NCBI GenBank assembly: GCA_025558095.1
Contig: JAIVFI010000029.1
Coordinates: 310,001 to 374,000 of the forward strand
Length of the DNA stretch: 64,000 nucleotides
Reading direction: 5' to 3'
Origin: Hyaloraphidium curvatum SAG 235-1
Taxonomy: Eukaryota; Fungi; Monoblepharomycota
The notes beneath the pieces are model-generated. The model saw only the letters and a list, made by a program, of their open reading frames with translations. It was not told the origin of the DNA and ran no database searches. Below are positions 1 through 11,186 of this stretch, one piece after another. Within the stretch, counting starts at the first letter, position 1. Every line of letters starts with the position of its first letter. Both the position numbers and the translations under genes were made by a program.

Positions 1-3000
1 CCGCATGGGAGAACCGGCGGAAAGGCATGGATGGGAGTACCACCATGGCCTATTGGGCGCATCAGCAGATTGCATGCCATGGCAGCAATGTGGCTTGCTG
101 AGACGTGATTCATGGAATCGAACTAACGTGATATCCTCACAGAGATGGAAGATATGATTCCCACAGAGCCTTTCTTGCAGGCAACCTTGGCAGACATTGA
201 TGATAGTGTCCCCCAGGTGGCAAGTTGGGATCCAATCAACCCTCCAGATCAATTTGTTCAGATCACAGCTGCCATGGAAAAGTTGCAGTTAGCAGGAATA
301 GCCAAGCCTGACAAGCACCATGGAATCCTGCTCGACTCTGGTGCATCATTCAACTCGTCTCCAGACCTGTCTGATTTTATGGAGATGTGGCCTCTTTGTC
401 CTCCAGTTCAAATCACCCAAGTCCAAGAGAAATTATTTGCCAACTACGCGGGGACAATCATGATTCACTTCAATGATATGAAGAGGAAATGTCTGGTATC
501 AAACGTACTGTTCATGCCCCTCAGTGCTTGCCGACTCCTGTCACTTGCACATTTCCAACGCAAAGGTTTTGAGTTCAGCGCCAAACCTCCTCAAAACCTG
601 ACAGATCCCTCTGAACCACTCTTTGCAACCCTGACATTTGGAAATGAACCACGTGCCAAGGCACAGGTGGTGAACAACGTCTACATCCTGAATGCAGACG
701 TGCTGCAGGGCAACAGCAACACGGTCGGAGACACTTCTCATGGCAGACAGGTGATGGTCCTTCAAGCAACTGATAAGGATCAACGGCGCCTCATCCATGC
801 CCGCTTCGGCCATGTGTCACTTGACATGCTCCGACGCATGAAACTGCACAACCTCATCCAAGGTCTTGACAAATTTGATCTGGGAGCCATAGGAGATCAT
901 GAGAACTGCGACTCGTGCATACGGGCAAAAATGGTTTCAGAACCATACCCGCCTCACCCGGTTTGCACGGCAAAAAGGCCATTACACGTTGCACATACGG
1001 ATATGGCCGTGAATTTCCCTAGATCCCTAGATGGCAAGCGCCATCTTCTCATCATTTTCGACGATGACACTCAGTTTCTTGCCACTTTCAACTTGGCCCT
1101 TCGCTCTGAAATGTCATCGACAATCATCAGATTCAGCGAACACGCCAGGAATCAATATGGATACGTTCTTGGCAACCTCCATGCGGACAATGAAGCCAAC
1201 ACGAAGGAACTCCAGGAACACCTCCACAAGATTGGGGCTCAGTTCAGACTCATCATCCCAGGACATCCCCAAATGAATTCGGTTGCTGAACGGGGAGTTC
1301 AAAAGATTGAGAAAATGATCCGTGCAATGCTGTTAGGGGAACAGCGACCCTCTGAGGAATGGTCTTTTGCCGCGAGTCATGTAGGGCACGTCCTCAACTG
1401 CGTGCCAACCACCAAATCATGGAGAAAGAACGCCGTTCCTCTGACTTTGTGGAGTGGAGAAATTCCAACAGTCGAAGACTTCTATACATTCGGGATGGAA
1501 TGCTGGGCCCAAGTGCGAGACAGAGAACTCACTACCTTGGCACCACGCGGTGCGCGAGCAATCTACTTGGGGAGAGCTCCAAACACAAAAGGGCACATGG
1601 TTCGTTTGATTGATTCAGGAAAAGTCATGGCAGTCCGAACCATAGTGCCAAATGAGCGCTACAGCGCACGCACTATCCCTTTCCTTGCACCCACTTCCTC
1701 AAAACCAGGCAAGGAAGCTGTCGACAGCACGGCAACGCCACCTCTTTCAACGTTCGATCTACTTGATCTCATCCAAACGGATGATCTAGTGCCTCAGGGG
1801 GAGGAGGAACAAGAGCCACTAGATCTTCATGAGCAGCAAGAACAGCAAGAGCAGAATGGACAGCACGATGGTCATTGCCCTGTGCGTCATTCTTCTCGGG
1901 CACAGCAGCCTCCCCGGGAATGGTGGAAAGCCCCACAACTGCAAGCTGTAATTATGGCAGGAATCCATGGACCAGTGCACATGGACTTTGGGAGCCAAGG
2001 AGGTTTTGGAATGCCAATGCACGTGATTGATGGGGTTCGAATCCCAAGATCAATTGCGGAGGCAAAGCTTTTGCCAGTATGGGAAAAATGGAATGAAACA
2101 ATTCAAGTGGAAGATGGAGCTTTCAATGACAAAGAAGTCTGGGAAGAGGTTGAAAGGCCCCGTGGCAAGGAGGACCGAATTCTCAAATCCCACTACGTGT
2201 TCGACCTCAAGCTCAACCCAGACCTCACCAAACGGTTCAAGGCACGTCACGTGGTTGATGGCAACCGCCAGGCTCCTGGGACCTACGGGGAGACTTTTGC
2301 AGCCATGCCAACCCATGCAGCCTTCAGATCACAGTGTGCCATAGCTGCACACATGGACTGGCCCCTTTACCATTTGGACATCAAGAACGCGTTCTTGAAT
2401 TCCAATGCAGAAGAGGAGGACCTCTACGTTGAGATGCACGAGACTTGCCAAAGGAGGGACTTGTCTCTCAAGGACCCCGTTCTCAAACTCAAGCGGGGGG
2501 TCTATGGCCTCAAACAGGCAGCCAACCTGTATCAGCGTGAGCTAAAGCGCAACATGAAAGAGGACGGCTTTCACAACTGCGAAACGGATCCCAACATGTA
2601 TACACGCATCAAGAGCGACTCAGGAGAGATTGCCATCCTTCTTGTGACCATGGACGATGTGTGTGGCACGGGACAGGGACATCCACCAGAATTCGTCAGA
2701 GAGTGCATTGCATTGATTGAGAACCGATATGAATCACGCTTTCTCGGTGAAGTGCAGCTCTACGGTGGTGTGGAAGTCATCCGTGACAGACCCAACAAAA
2801 GAATCATCTTGAGGCAAACAGTCTTTGCAGAGAGGATTCTGGAGAAGTACATTACCAACACCACGCAAGCAGTGCAATTTGCTGCCGGCAATCTCAACAA
2901 GAACCAGAAGTTTGCCACTCCCATTTCTTTGAAGGATGCTCCATCACCATTGCTCCCTTCCGAAAGATTTGGGAAGCCAGACATTGCAGATCCGGACGTC

Positions 3001-3069
3001 ATGGCATCGTTCAACTACTCTGGATGCATTGGCTCCTTGCTTTTCCTAGCTCTTTGCACTAGGCCTGAC

Positions 3070-4352
3070 ATGGGGGGTATGGGTATGGTATTGGTGACCC
3101 GGACCTGCCCCTGGCTTGGCCGCTATTACACCACCATTGGTTTGTTTAGCTGTGTCGACGACCTATCTGCCTCCTCCTTCCCTTGAATCCACAGTATGCT
3201 CCAGTCCCGGTGTTGTTTGCTGGCAGGAAAACCTTCCCACGAAGGTGAAAAACCTTCCAGAAAGAATGAGCAGTTTGGTTTCGGTTTGGGTTTTGGGACC
3301 TTCCCATCCAGCGGGTACAATGTCAGGCATGCAGCTTCATCTAGGTCCTGAAAAGTTCAGTGTTGGTTCTGGTCAAAAGGTGCTGGATTCGCCGTGTAGG
3401 CGAGCAAAGAGCCGTAGGGCTCCTGCCTCCATTCCCCGTGTGTCTTGGAGTCGCCGTGTAGGCGAGCAAAGAGCCGTAGGGCTCCTGCCTCCATTCCCCG
3501 TGTGTCTTGGAGTCGCCGTGTAGGCAAGCAAAGAGCCGTAGGACTCCTGCCTCCATCCCCGTGTGTTTTGGAGTCGCCGTGTAGGCGAGCAAAGAGCCGT
3601 AGGACTCCTGCCTCCATCCCCGTGCGCTTTGGAGTCGCCGTGCAGGCGAGCAAAGAAGCCGTAGGGCTCCTGCCTCCATCCCTGTGTTGGCCGCTTACGT
3701 GTCCAGAGACCGGAATCCACGGATATGTCGTTGTTTGCGCCGCGGCCCCTCCTTGAAGAGGCGCACCGGCGGGCAGTCAGCAGCGTTTAGAGCCAATGCG
3801 CCGCGCAGCTGCCTGCTCCATTCGCGCCCTTTCGCACCAGAAAGCGCACGCGGTTGGTCGCTTGTTGTTTGGCGGGGTGCGTCCACGCGAGCGACGCGTC
3901 CCATGTTTGACGTGCGCCGCCGTTAAGTGTCATGTTTCTGCGCCCAGAGCCAGAGAGCCACGCGGTCCTACGGCACGTTTTTCAAGCGGCACACGTGAGG
4001 CACACGCTGTCGTAGGCCCGCGGTCGCGTCTTCAGCACGCGACGCGTTGTTTGCCCACTAACAGACGCGGCGCCCCCCGGAGAAGAGCCTAGCCGCCCTG
4101 CAGGGCCAGCGCAAGCCTCTTGAGGCCAATGGGCTCCTCAAGCGCTTTTGCGGCGTTGCCTGCCACGCTTGGGGCACCGGTTTTGCAGCCGGTCCCGTCT
4201 GCGCGTCCCCGGGTGCCCAACCCGCACACCGCGCCGGCGCCGCGCTAGAGGGCAGGAGCCCTAAAGCACGACGACCCCAGACACTGCTGCTCCGCTGCTC
4301 GCGGCCCAAAGAGCGCGCGCGAGCAGCGGGGTGGGCAGGGGTGTTTGGAATT
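3070..4352 (-). mobile_element. Non-autonomous SINE-like retroelement sharing the LINE 3' tail
   Basis: Interrupts the copia pol and is flanked by TGAC (3066-3069 and 4353-4356). Its minus-strand 3' end GGCCAAGCCAGGGGCAGGTCCGGGTCACCAATA matches the LINE ends at ~8685 and ~10991 and is followed by a (CCATA)n-like tail. It has no credible ORF. Confidence 0.8.
3384..3686. repeat. Tandem array, 5 x 61-62 bp, each unit with two hairpins and a closing stem
   Basis: TCGCCGTGTAGGCGA-like units start at 3389, 3451, 3513, 3574 and 3635. Confidence 0.95.
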
Positions 4353-5157
4353 TGACTGGGCATATGCTGTCATCTACCTCAGCAGGTACCTGCAGAACTA
4401 TGGAAAGGAGCACATTGCGGCTCTAAAGAGAATCCTGCGCTACTTGAGTCAGACCCGGGCATTTGGTCTCGTGTTTGATGGCAACAAACCATTGGTGCAG
4501 GAAGATTTTGCAGATGCGGATTTCGCAGGTGATCTGGACACTGCCAGATCCACCACAGGCGTTGTCGTCATGGCATGTGGAGCTCCGCTTTCCTTCAAGT
4601 CAAAACTCCAAAGCCTTGTGGCTCAATCCACTACCGAAGCAGAGTACATTGCCCTGGCACAAGCCACAAGGGATGTGATGTACTTGCGCACCCTTTTTGC
4701 GGAACTGGGTTTCCAATGCCAGGCCCGACCATCATCCACGAAAACAATGCTTCGGCACAGGACTTGGTTTACAATCCTGTTCACCATGAGCGCACCAAAC
4801 ACATTGCAATTCGGTACCATTTGACTCGACAACAACAGGAACTTGGAACAATCGTGGTTCAGGACATTGAATCCGGAAAACAACTTGCGGACATCATGAC
4901 AAAAGCTCAGCCGAAAGTGCGCTTCATTCCATCGCGAACAGATCTGGGAGTCCTGGATACCACCATGTTCTTGCCGCAGGGGGAGCATGCACGGGGATAA
5001 ACGGACTGCACCACAGAGTGTTGTGCCCGATATGCAAAACCGCGGCGCTCTGGACAAAGACAACAGCAGCAGTGGAATTGGTCGGGTTTGCCACGCTGCT
5101 TGGTGCTCAAACCTCTAAGGAGGTTGGGGGGAGGAGTTGGTCCCGCTTCGGGGGGAG

Positions 5158-5302
5158 TGTTGTGACGAGGTTGTTAGGCTGGCGGCAACTTAGGGAAGCG
5201 GCCCCAACTCCAATCACAACACGACGGAATTCCCCACACACAGGGGTCACGCATCCTTCCGTCCACACCGGCTAGAGGCCGGACCAGTCGTCCGTCACAA
5301 CA
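5158..5302 (+). repeat. 3' LTR of the copia element (145 bp)
   Basis: Starts TGTTGTGACG immediately after the PPT and ends CGTCACAACA, a perfect 10-bp terminal inverted repeat. Confidence 0.9.
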
Positions 5303-5892
5303 GTCTGCAAAGAACAGAGCCAGCAAGCTGACCATCCTCTCCTGATCCTCTTCCTCCTCAGACACCATGCCCAGATCCATCCCTTTTGCACCATTGGCCT
5401 CCATGAAAGCAGTGATGTCGTTGATGAACAAGAACAGCGATGAGGTGGGTCCCCCTGCTTCACTCCGGTCAGGAACTTGATGAAGTCTGACTTGGTCCCG
5501 TCTTCATCCCGGAGCCGTCCCCACACGCGTCCGAACGCCATCTCGAACATGTCAACAACCAGTTTGGGTACTCCCATCTCCTCCAGCTTTTGCCATAACC
5601 TGGGGCGCTCCACCGTGTCAAAAGCCTTTGTGAAATCTACAAACACCGTGATCAGCTTCTCCTTGCGTGCCTTGGCCAAGGAGAAGAGTGCCTCGGCAAG
5701 GAACACTGCATGAAGGGTCGATCTCCCTGCACGGAATCCAAACTGCGAGCCTTCCAGCAGCTTGTTGCACTCAGCCCAGGGAGCTAGCCGAGCGTTCCAG
5801 ACCAGGGAGAAGACCTTCTCCAGTGTCCTCTCTATGCTGATGCCTCGGTAGTTGCCAGCCACGTTCTTGGGCCCCTTCTTGTGCAGCATCAC
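5303..5892 (-). mobile_element. LINE RT fragment (5'-truncated copy, interrupted by the copia element)
   Basis: Near-identical reverse complement of ~9118-9707 (MLHKKG..NYRGIS..QFGFR..FVDFTKAFD..GVKQGDP..FAD). Confidence 0.92.
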
Positions 5893-7218
5893 TGGATCAG
5901 GGAGGTTTGAGCAGGGTCGAGGGCTGTTCAAGAGCACTTTGGGCAGATTCCAGGTCACGTTGACTTGAGCTCGGGAAGGCACCAAGGGCGGGTACGTGTC
6001 ACAGCAAGGAACTCGGCGGTGTGTGACACTTGGTGGCGGTTGGGCCGGTTTGCTGCGCATTGTCTGGTTTGGGGTGGCTCGGGGTTGCTGTCTGGTTTGG
6101 GGTGGTTCGAGGTGGTTTTGCTTCACACGGAGAGCGGAACGCACCAACTCTTTCACTGAGCTTTGGCTGAATTGCATGAACTGTGCTTTGCGGTCTGTAT
6201 GGGATGCAGAGACATCCGTGGCCCGTTTTCTATCGCTCTCCATCTGTGGCCCGTTCTGCATCACTCTCCATCCAATGAAGACCCTCATTATTGCGGGTTT
6301 GTGTCCCAAACCTGAGCAAGTGTACAGGGGTGGGTAGTTGGACGGGTAAAGCACAAGCTTGCCAATCCATGACCGGTAAAGACGCTGGCATCGCCTCCCT
6401 CGGGCTAGAATGGAGATGGTTCGCGCCATCTGGTGCTGAGCTTGGCCTGGATACAACCCTACCTGAGCGTAGCATGCCCCACCCAGAATGTCTGTACCAC
6501 AAACAGTAGTAGGTAGAGCACGCCCTCAGGGCAGTGGTGCAAGCATTCAAACGATGTGATGATCAAGCCTGGGCCGAGTTGAACGCGCAGGGCTGTGCAA
6601 TCTGCTCTGTGAGCACATGTATCCAGTGTTTAACACCAACGGGTGCACGGCTGTGCATTGCATGCCGGCAGATTGTGATGGCCAGTCCCCTCTGGTTGAG
6701 TGCTAACGGCGTCATTATGGCGCAGCGGTTAGCGCGCGGTAGTGGTGAAATGGTCATCACTTTACGTTGTGGAAATCCCTTATCTACAATTCCGTAACAT
6801 TCGCAGTTCGATTCTGCGCTACCGCAAATTTTACACACTGGAGCATGCCAGGACCCTGTCTTGCGTTTTGCTGCGCTCTATGGCCACTGGTGTGGTCCCC
6901 AAGCTGCTTTGGAGGTGGTTCTTTGCACCCATTCAGCATCCAAGCTGGGCTCCGGCGTTCATGCCCCTGCCTCTGCACCTGCACCCTCCCTAGACTTGTG
7001 GCTACGCAGATCTCTTGATCATCTTACCCTACTTGCTCACTGTCGCTGTTGTCACTGACCAGTTGAACAGCTTAGGCTTCACTCTCTGTATGTGGAAACT
7101 GCCACGCAGTACAAGCCAAGCAGCAAATGATGACCGACTAGTACAATGCCATTGCATGTGCATAACACACCGGAACAGCTCCGTCTGCAACCAGTGGCAA
7201 GTGGGGTGTCACATGTCT

Positions 7219-7336
7219 GGTATGGTATTGGTGACCCGGACCTGCCCCTGGCTTGGCCGCTATTACACCACCATTGGTTTGTCTAGCTATGTCGACGACC
7301 TATCTGCCTCCTCCTTCCCTTGAATCCACAGTATGC
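7219..7336 (-). mobile_element. 5'-truncated second copy of the SINE-like element (3' ~118 bp)
   Basis: Matches ~3082-3199 with 2 substitutions and is absent from repeat X copy 2. Confidence 0.88.
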
Positions 7337-7393
7337 ACACCGGCAAGATCGTAAACACATACACCATCCCAAGTGTGCGCACACACACAAGGC

Positions 7394-7678
7394 TGTTGGA
7401 GTGGCTATGGGGCGTGGTGTAGACGTAGCCCCAGTGGTCTGAACCGGGTCTGAACTCAGATGGACGGGATGGGGAGAGCGACAGTTTCACGTTGACCCGT
7501 CGTCCATTCCCTTGTGATGACAAGTCCCTAGATGACCCCTCCGGTCGTACCCAAGTATCCCCACACGCCAATAGACTCCCTATTGATACAGAATCGTAGC
7601 AACGATCCAAGTATCCCCACACGCCAATAGACTCCCTATTGATACAGAATCGTAGCATAGCAACGACCCATTCCAACA
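7394..7678. mobile_element. Solo LTR (285 bp) with an internal ~56-bp tandem duplication
   Basis: Termini TGTTGGAGTGG...CCATTCCAACA; 5-bp TSD AAGGC (7389-7393 and 7679-7683). The empty site is seen in repeat X copy 2. The duplicated units start at 7551 and 7607. Confidence 0.92.
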
Positions 7679-7783
7679 AAGGCAGGAATGGTCCAACGGT
7701 ACAACAAGAGTTGTATGCGGCTGTCAGCAGTCTTCACTGGATTCTTGAAGCCCGGACCTCCCGGACATCTTGCACGGGAGGGT

Positions 7784-8735
7784 CTAACTACCGAGACATC
7801 AGAACAGAAAGTGTTGGGAGATGTGCATGCCTAGGCTACTACTGGATGCCACAGACGTGCGCTACTCTTTGGCCCAGTGGTCTAGTGTATTCGAACAGAA
7901 AGGACACTGAAGAAGGTCTTTTCCCTGGTCTGGAACGCTTGGCTAGCTCCCTGGGCTGAGTGCAACAAGCTGCTGGAAGGCTCTCAGTCTGGATTCCGGG
8001 CAAGGAGATCGACCCTTCATGGAGTATGGTCAGCTTGCTGGCTTTGTTCTTTGCAGACGACACCAATTTGATCTCGAAGACGGTGAAGGATGCCAAGATG
8101 CAGCTGGATCTTTTGCACTTTCTCATGGGCCGAGGAGACTGTGGAGAATCTTGTGAAGGGCAAGATCAGGGGGATCAATGCCCAAAAGCTCAAGGACAAC
8201 GACAAGCTGCACTTCTGGAGGATGTGTGACATGACCTTTGGTCACATTGCACCATCGCTGATCCGGGGGAGAAGCACAGGAGGGATGTCCAAAAGTTGCT
8301 GTGCTCTACCCACGACCTGGAGGTCGAGACAGGCAGGCACCAAGGACTTGAGGTGCAGCAGAGAACGTGCAAGCATGACCCTGAGCACATTGGAGACGAA
8401 CAACACTTTCTGTTTCACTGTTCAGCAAATGTGGAGCGGCGCCAGAAGCTGCAGACTAGATTGGAAGCACTAGGCCGCGAGTGGAACATGGAGACCTGGC
8501 TCTGGCCTCTTAGCATCAAGGAGTTCGAGCCCACGATCAAAGCGAGGCGGCAGAAGGAGAAGGCCCTCAACTCCATTGCCAGCTTCATCTCAAAGTCCAT
8601 GAAGGACAGGAAAACTGGGAAAATGAAAAAGACACACGACAACGATGAACTTTGCAATTAGCAGCAAACTCATGGTGTAACAGCGGCCAAGCCAGGGGCA
8701 GGTCCAGGTCACCAATACTATTCTATTCTATTCTA
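7784..8735 (+). mobile_element. Degenerate, internally deleted LINE copy with (CTATT)n tail
   Basis: Collinear with ~9157-9300, ~9670-9764 and ~10427-11029 of the next copy; ends CACCAATACTATTCTATTCTATTCTA. Confidence 0.9.
7812..7897. mobile_element. Putative 86-bp solo LTR
   Basis: Termini TGTT...AACA; 5-bp TSD GAAAG (7807-7811 and 7898-7902). Removing it restores the LINE sequence. Confidence 0.8.
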
Positions 8736-11029
8736 GCCTAAGGGGTACTACCAGCTGCTTGGAAAGGCTCACGCAAGGCGCAAAGGCAACCCCGTGCCCT
8801 TTGCAGAGCTGGTGCGCCACATGGAGATGGTTGCCAGCGCCAAGTACGTGACCAAGATCGAGGATGATCCAAGGCTCACGTTTCCACCACTTCCCAAGGC
8901 CACGATCACGCCTTCTGGAGACCTGCTGCGCCCCATCACCCTCAGGGAGCTGGAGAGGGTCTTGAAGAAGGCCCCCAACGGCAAGGCAAAGGACGAGGAT
9001 GGGATCCGGCTCGAGTTCGTCAAGTACTGGACTGCAGTACTGAAGCAAGCTGTTGTCAACCTCCTCAACAACGTGCTCAATGGCGTCAAGATGGATGACT
9101 GGGGCCAGACACTGCTGGTGATGCTGCACAAGAAGGGGCCCAAGAACGTGGCTGGCAACTACCAAGGCATCAGCATAGAGAGGACGCTGGAGAAGGTCTT
9201 CTCCCTGGTCTGGAACGCTCGGCTAGCTCCCTGGGCTGAGTGCAACAAGCTGCTGGAAGGCTCGCAGTTTGGATTCCGTGCACGGAGATCGACCCTTCAT
9301 GCAGTGTTCCTTGCCGAGGCACTCTTCTCCTTGGCCAAGGCACGCAAGGAGAAGCTGATCACGGTGTTTGTAGATTTCACAAAGGCTTTTGACACGGTGG
9401 AGCGCCCCAGGTTATGGCAGAAGCTGGAGGAGATGGGAGTACCCAAACTGGTTGTTGACATGTTCGAGATGGCGTTCGGACGCGTGTGGGGACGGCTCCG
9501 GGATGAAGACGGGACCAAGTCAGACTTCATCAAGTTCCTGACCGGAGTGAAGCAGGGGGACCCACCTCATCGCTGTTCTTGTTCATCAACGACATCACTG
9601 CTTTCATGGAGGCCAATGGTGCAAAAGGGATGGATCTGGGCATGGTGTCTGAGGAGGAAGAGGATCAGGAGAGGATGGTCAGCTTGCTGGCTCTGTTCTT
9701 TGCAGACGACACCACTTTGATCTCGAAGACGGTGAAGGATGCCAAGATGCAGCTGGATCTTTTGTCTGCATATGCCAGTGCCAATGGGCTGGAGATCAAC
9801 GTCAGCAAGACAGAGTGGATGGCCAGGAGGATACCTCACCGTGTAAAGGTCATGTACAGGGACCAGGAGCTGAAGAGGGTTGACAGCTTCAAGCTTCGTT
9901 CCAGAATTCTGGGGTATCAACTGACCTCAACCGGCCGGAGCAAGGACCATGTGCATGGCAGAGAGGCCAAGATGAACGCTGCTTATGGGCTCTGGCTCCG
10001 TGACATCAGGGAGCAGCCTGGGATGAGTCCTGACCTCCAGCTCAAGCTCTACAACACAAAGGTCAAGGCAGTGGGCCAATATGGGAACCCGTCCATTGTT
10101 GAGATGCCGAAGGAAGAGTACCTTGCCGGGGAAAGCACCAGGGACAAAGTGACATGCATGGCTCTTCGTGCCGTCACTCATCTGCCCAAGTCTACCTCCC
10201 TGGCCTGTCTGTATGCGATCACTGGCCAGTACCCCCTTGCAGTTCATGACCACGAGTCGGCACTCAAGTTCCTCATGCGCATCAAAACAGCGGATCCTGC
10301 ATTGTACCTGCTCTACAAGGAGCTCAAGATCGAGGCACTGAAGGGGTCCTGGAACTGGGCTGCCTTCCTGAGGGAACTACTTGTATACTATGGCGGCGAA
10401 GATGGGAGGGAGATGTGGGAGAAGGACACTTTCTCATGGCCCAAGGAGACTGTGGAGAATCTTGTGAAGGGCAAGTTCAGGGAGATCAATGCCCAGAGGC
10501 TCAAGGACAACGACAAACTGCACTTTTGGAGGATGTGTGACATGACCTCTGGCCACATCGGACCATCCCTGATCCGGGTGGAGAAGCACCGGAGGGATGT
10601 CCAAAAGTTGCTGTGCTCTACCCACGACCTGGAGGTGGAGACAGGCAGGCACCAAGGACTTGAGGTGCAGCAGAGGATGTGCAAACATGACCCTGAGCAC
10701 ATTGGAGACGAACAACATCTTCTGTTCCACTGTTCAGCAAATGCAGAGCGGCGCCAGAAGCTGCAGACCAGACTGGATACACTGGGCCGCGAGTGGAACA
10801 TGTTGACCTGGCTCTGGGCTCTTAGCATCAAGGAGTTCGAGCCCACGATCAAAGTGAGGCGGCAAAAGGAGAAGGCCCTCAACTCCATTGCCAGCTTCAT
10901 CTCAAAGTCCATGAACGACAGAAAACGGGGAAAATGAAAGAGATGCACGACAACAAATTTCAAATAGCAGCAAACTAATGGTGTAAGAGAGGCCAAGCCA
11001 GGGGCAGGTCCGGGTCACCAATACTATTC
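8736..11029 (+). mobile_element. 5'-truncated LINE (non-LTR RT; RTEX/L2-like by inference) with a frameshift near 9562
   Basis: ORFs 8794..9720 and 9579..10937 carry RT motifs (QFGFR, DFTKAFD, GVKQGDP, FADD, GLEINVSKT) and a C-terminal LEVETGR..C..DEQHLLFHC motif, followed by a CTATT tail. Confidence 0.92.
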
Positions 11030-11068
11030 TTGTCAAGGGAGGCAAATCAGCTACGAGAAGTTAGAGCA

Positions 11069-11097
11069 TTGATTACCGGACCTGCCCCTGGTCTGCC
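11069..11097 (-). repeat. Degenerate remnant of the LINE/SINE 3' tail motif
   Basis: The core CCGGACCTGCCCCTGG is identical to the reverse complement of the tail. Confidence 0.6.
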
Positions 11098-11186
11098 ACC
11101 GTTTGTGGAATCTGTTGGCACTCAATGGATTGATTTTGCATTAGGAGGAGGAATCCGCAACAAACGGCCTTTCACAGCTCTACTGT

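Larger units (their letters stand above)
145..5000 (+). pseudogene. copia pol (PR-IN-RT-RNaseH), split by an insertion at 3070-4352 and frameshifted near 4712
   Basis: ORF 145..3186 reads to CTRPD and resumes in frame at 4357 (WAYAVIYLSRY). The RNase H is split between ORFs 4345..4824 and 4575..5000. There are in-frame stops upstream of 145. Confidence 0.9.
1..5302 (+). mobile_element. Ty1/copia LTR retrotransposon (5' part outside window), disrupted
   Basis: Domain order is protease (LLDSGAS), GAG-pre-integrase (HARFGH..CDSC), integrase DDE (HTD/ADN/AER), RT (RFKARHV, HLDIKNAFLN, YGLKQA), RNase H (FADADFAGD, STTEAEY, QLADIMTK). The polypurine tract GGGGGAG at 5151-5157 is followed by the 3' LTR. 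Confidence 0.95.
5891..7783. repeat. Unclassified dispersed repeat X, copy 1 (carries two later insertions)
   Basis: Near-identical to 27150-28625 apart from insertions at ~7209-7336 and 7394-7683. Confidence 0.92.

Noticed and set aside
3384-3686. CRISPR-like palindromic repeat array
   Set aside because: No unique spacers, no cas genes, eukaryotic context; the units are contiguous.
4024-4045. Hammerhead core CUGAAGA on the minus strand of the SINE-like element
   Set aside because: It sits in the loop of a simple hairpin (GTCGCGT..ACGCGAC), and no properly placed stem II/GAAA core was found.
5272-6456. 394-aa ORF as a novel RT fusion protein
   Set aside because: Chance read-through from repeat X into the LINE fragment; the same frame at 27068-27826 lacks RT.
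8015-8120. LINE internal deletions as spliced-out introns
   Set aside because: The junction sequences do not match clean GT/GC-AG excision.
8673-8715. LINE 3' motif as a twister or HDV-like ribozyme
   Set aside because: Only a superficial UAA..GCC resemblance; the required pseudoknots could not be drawn.
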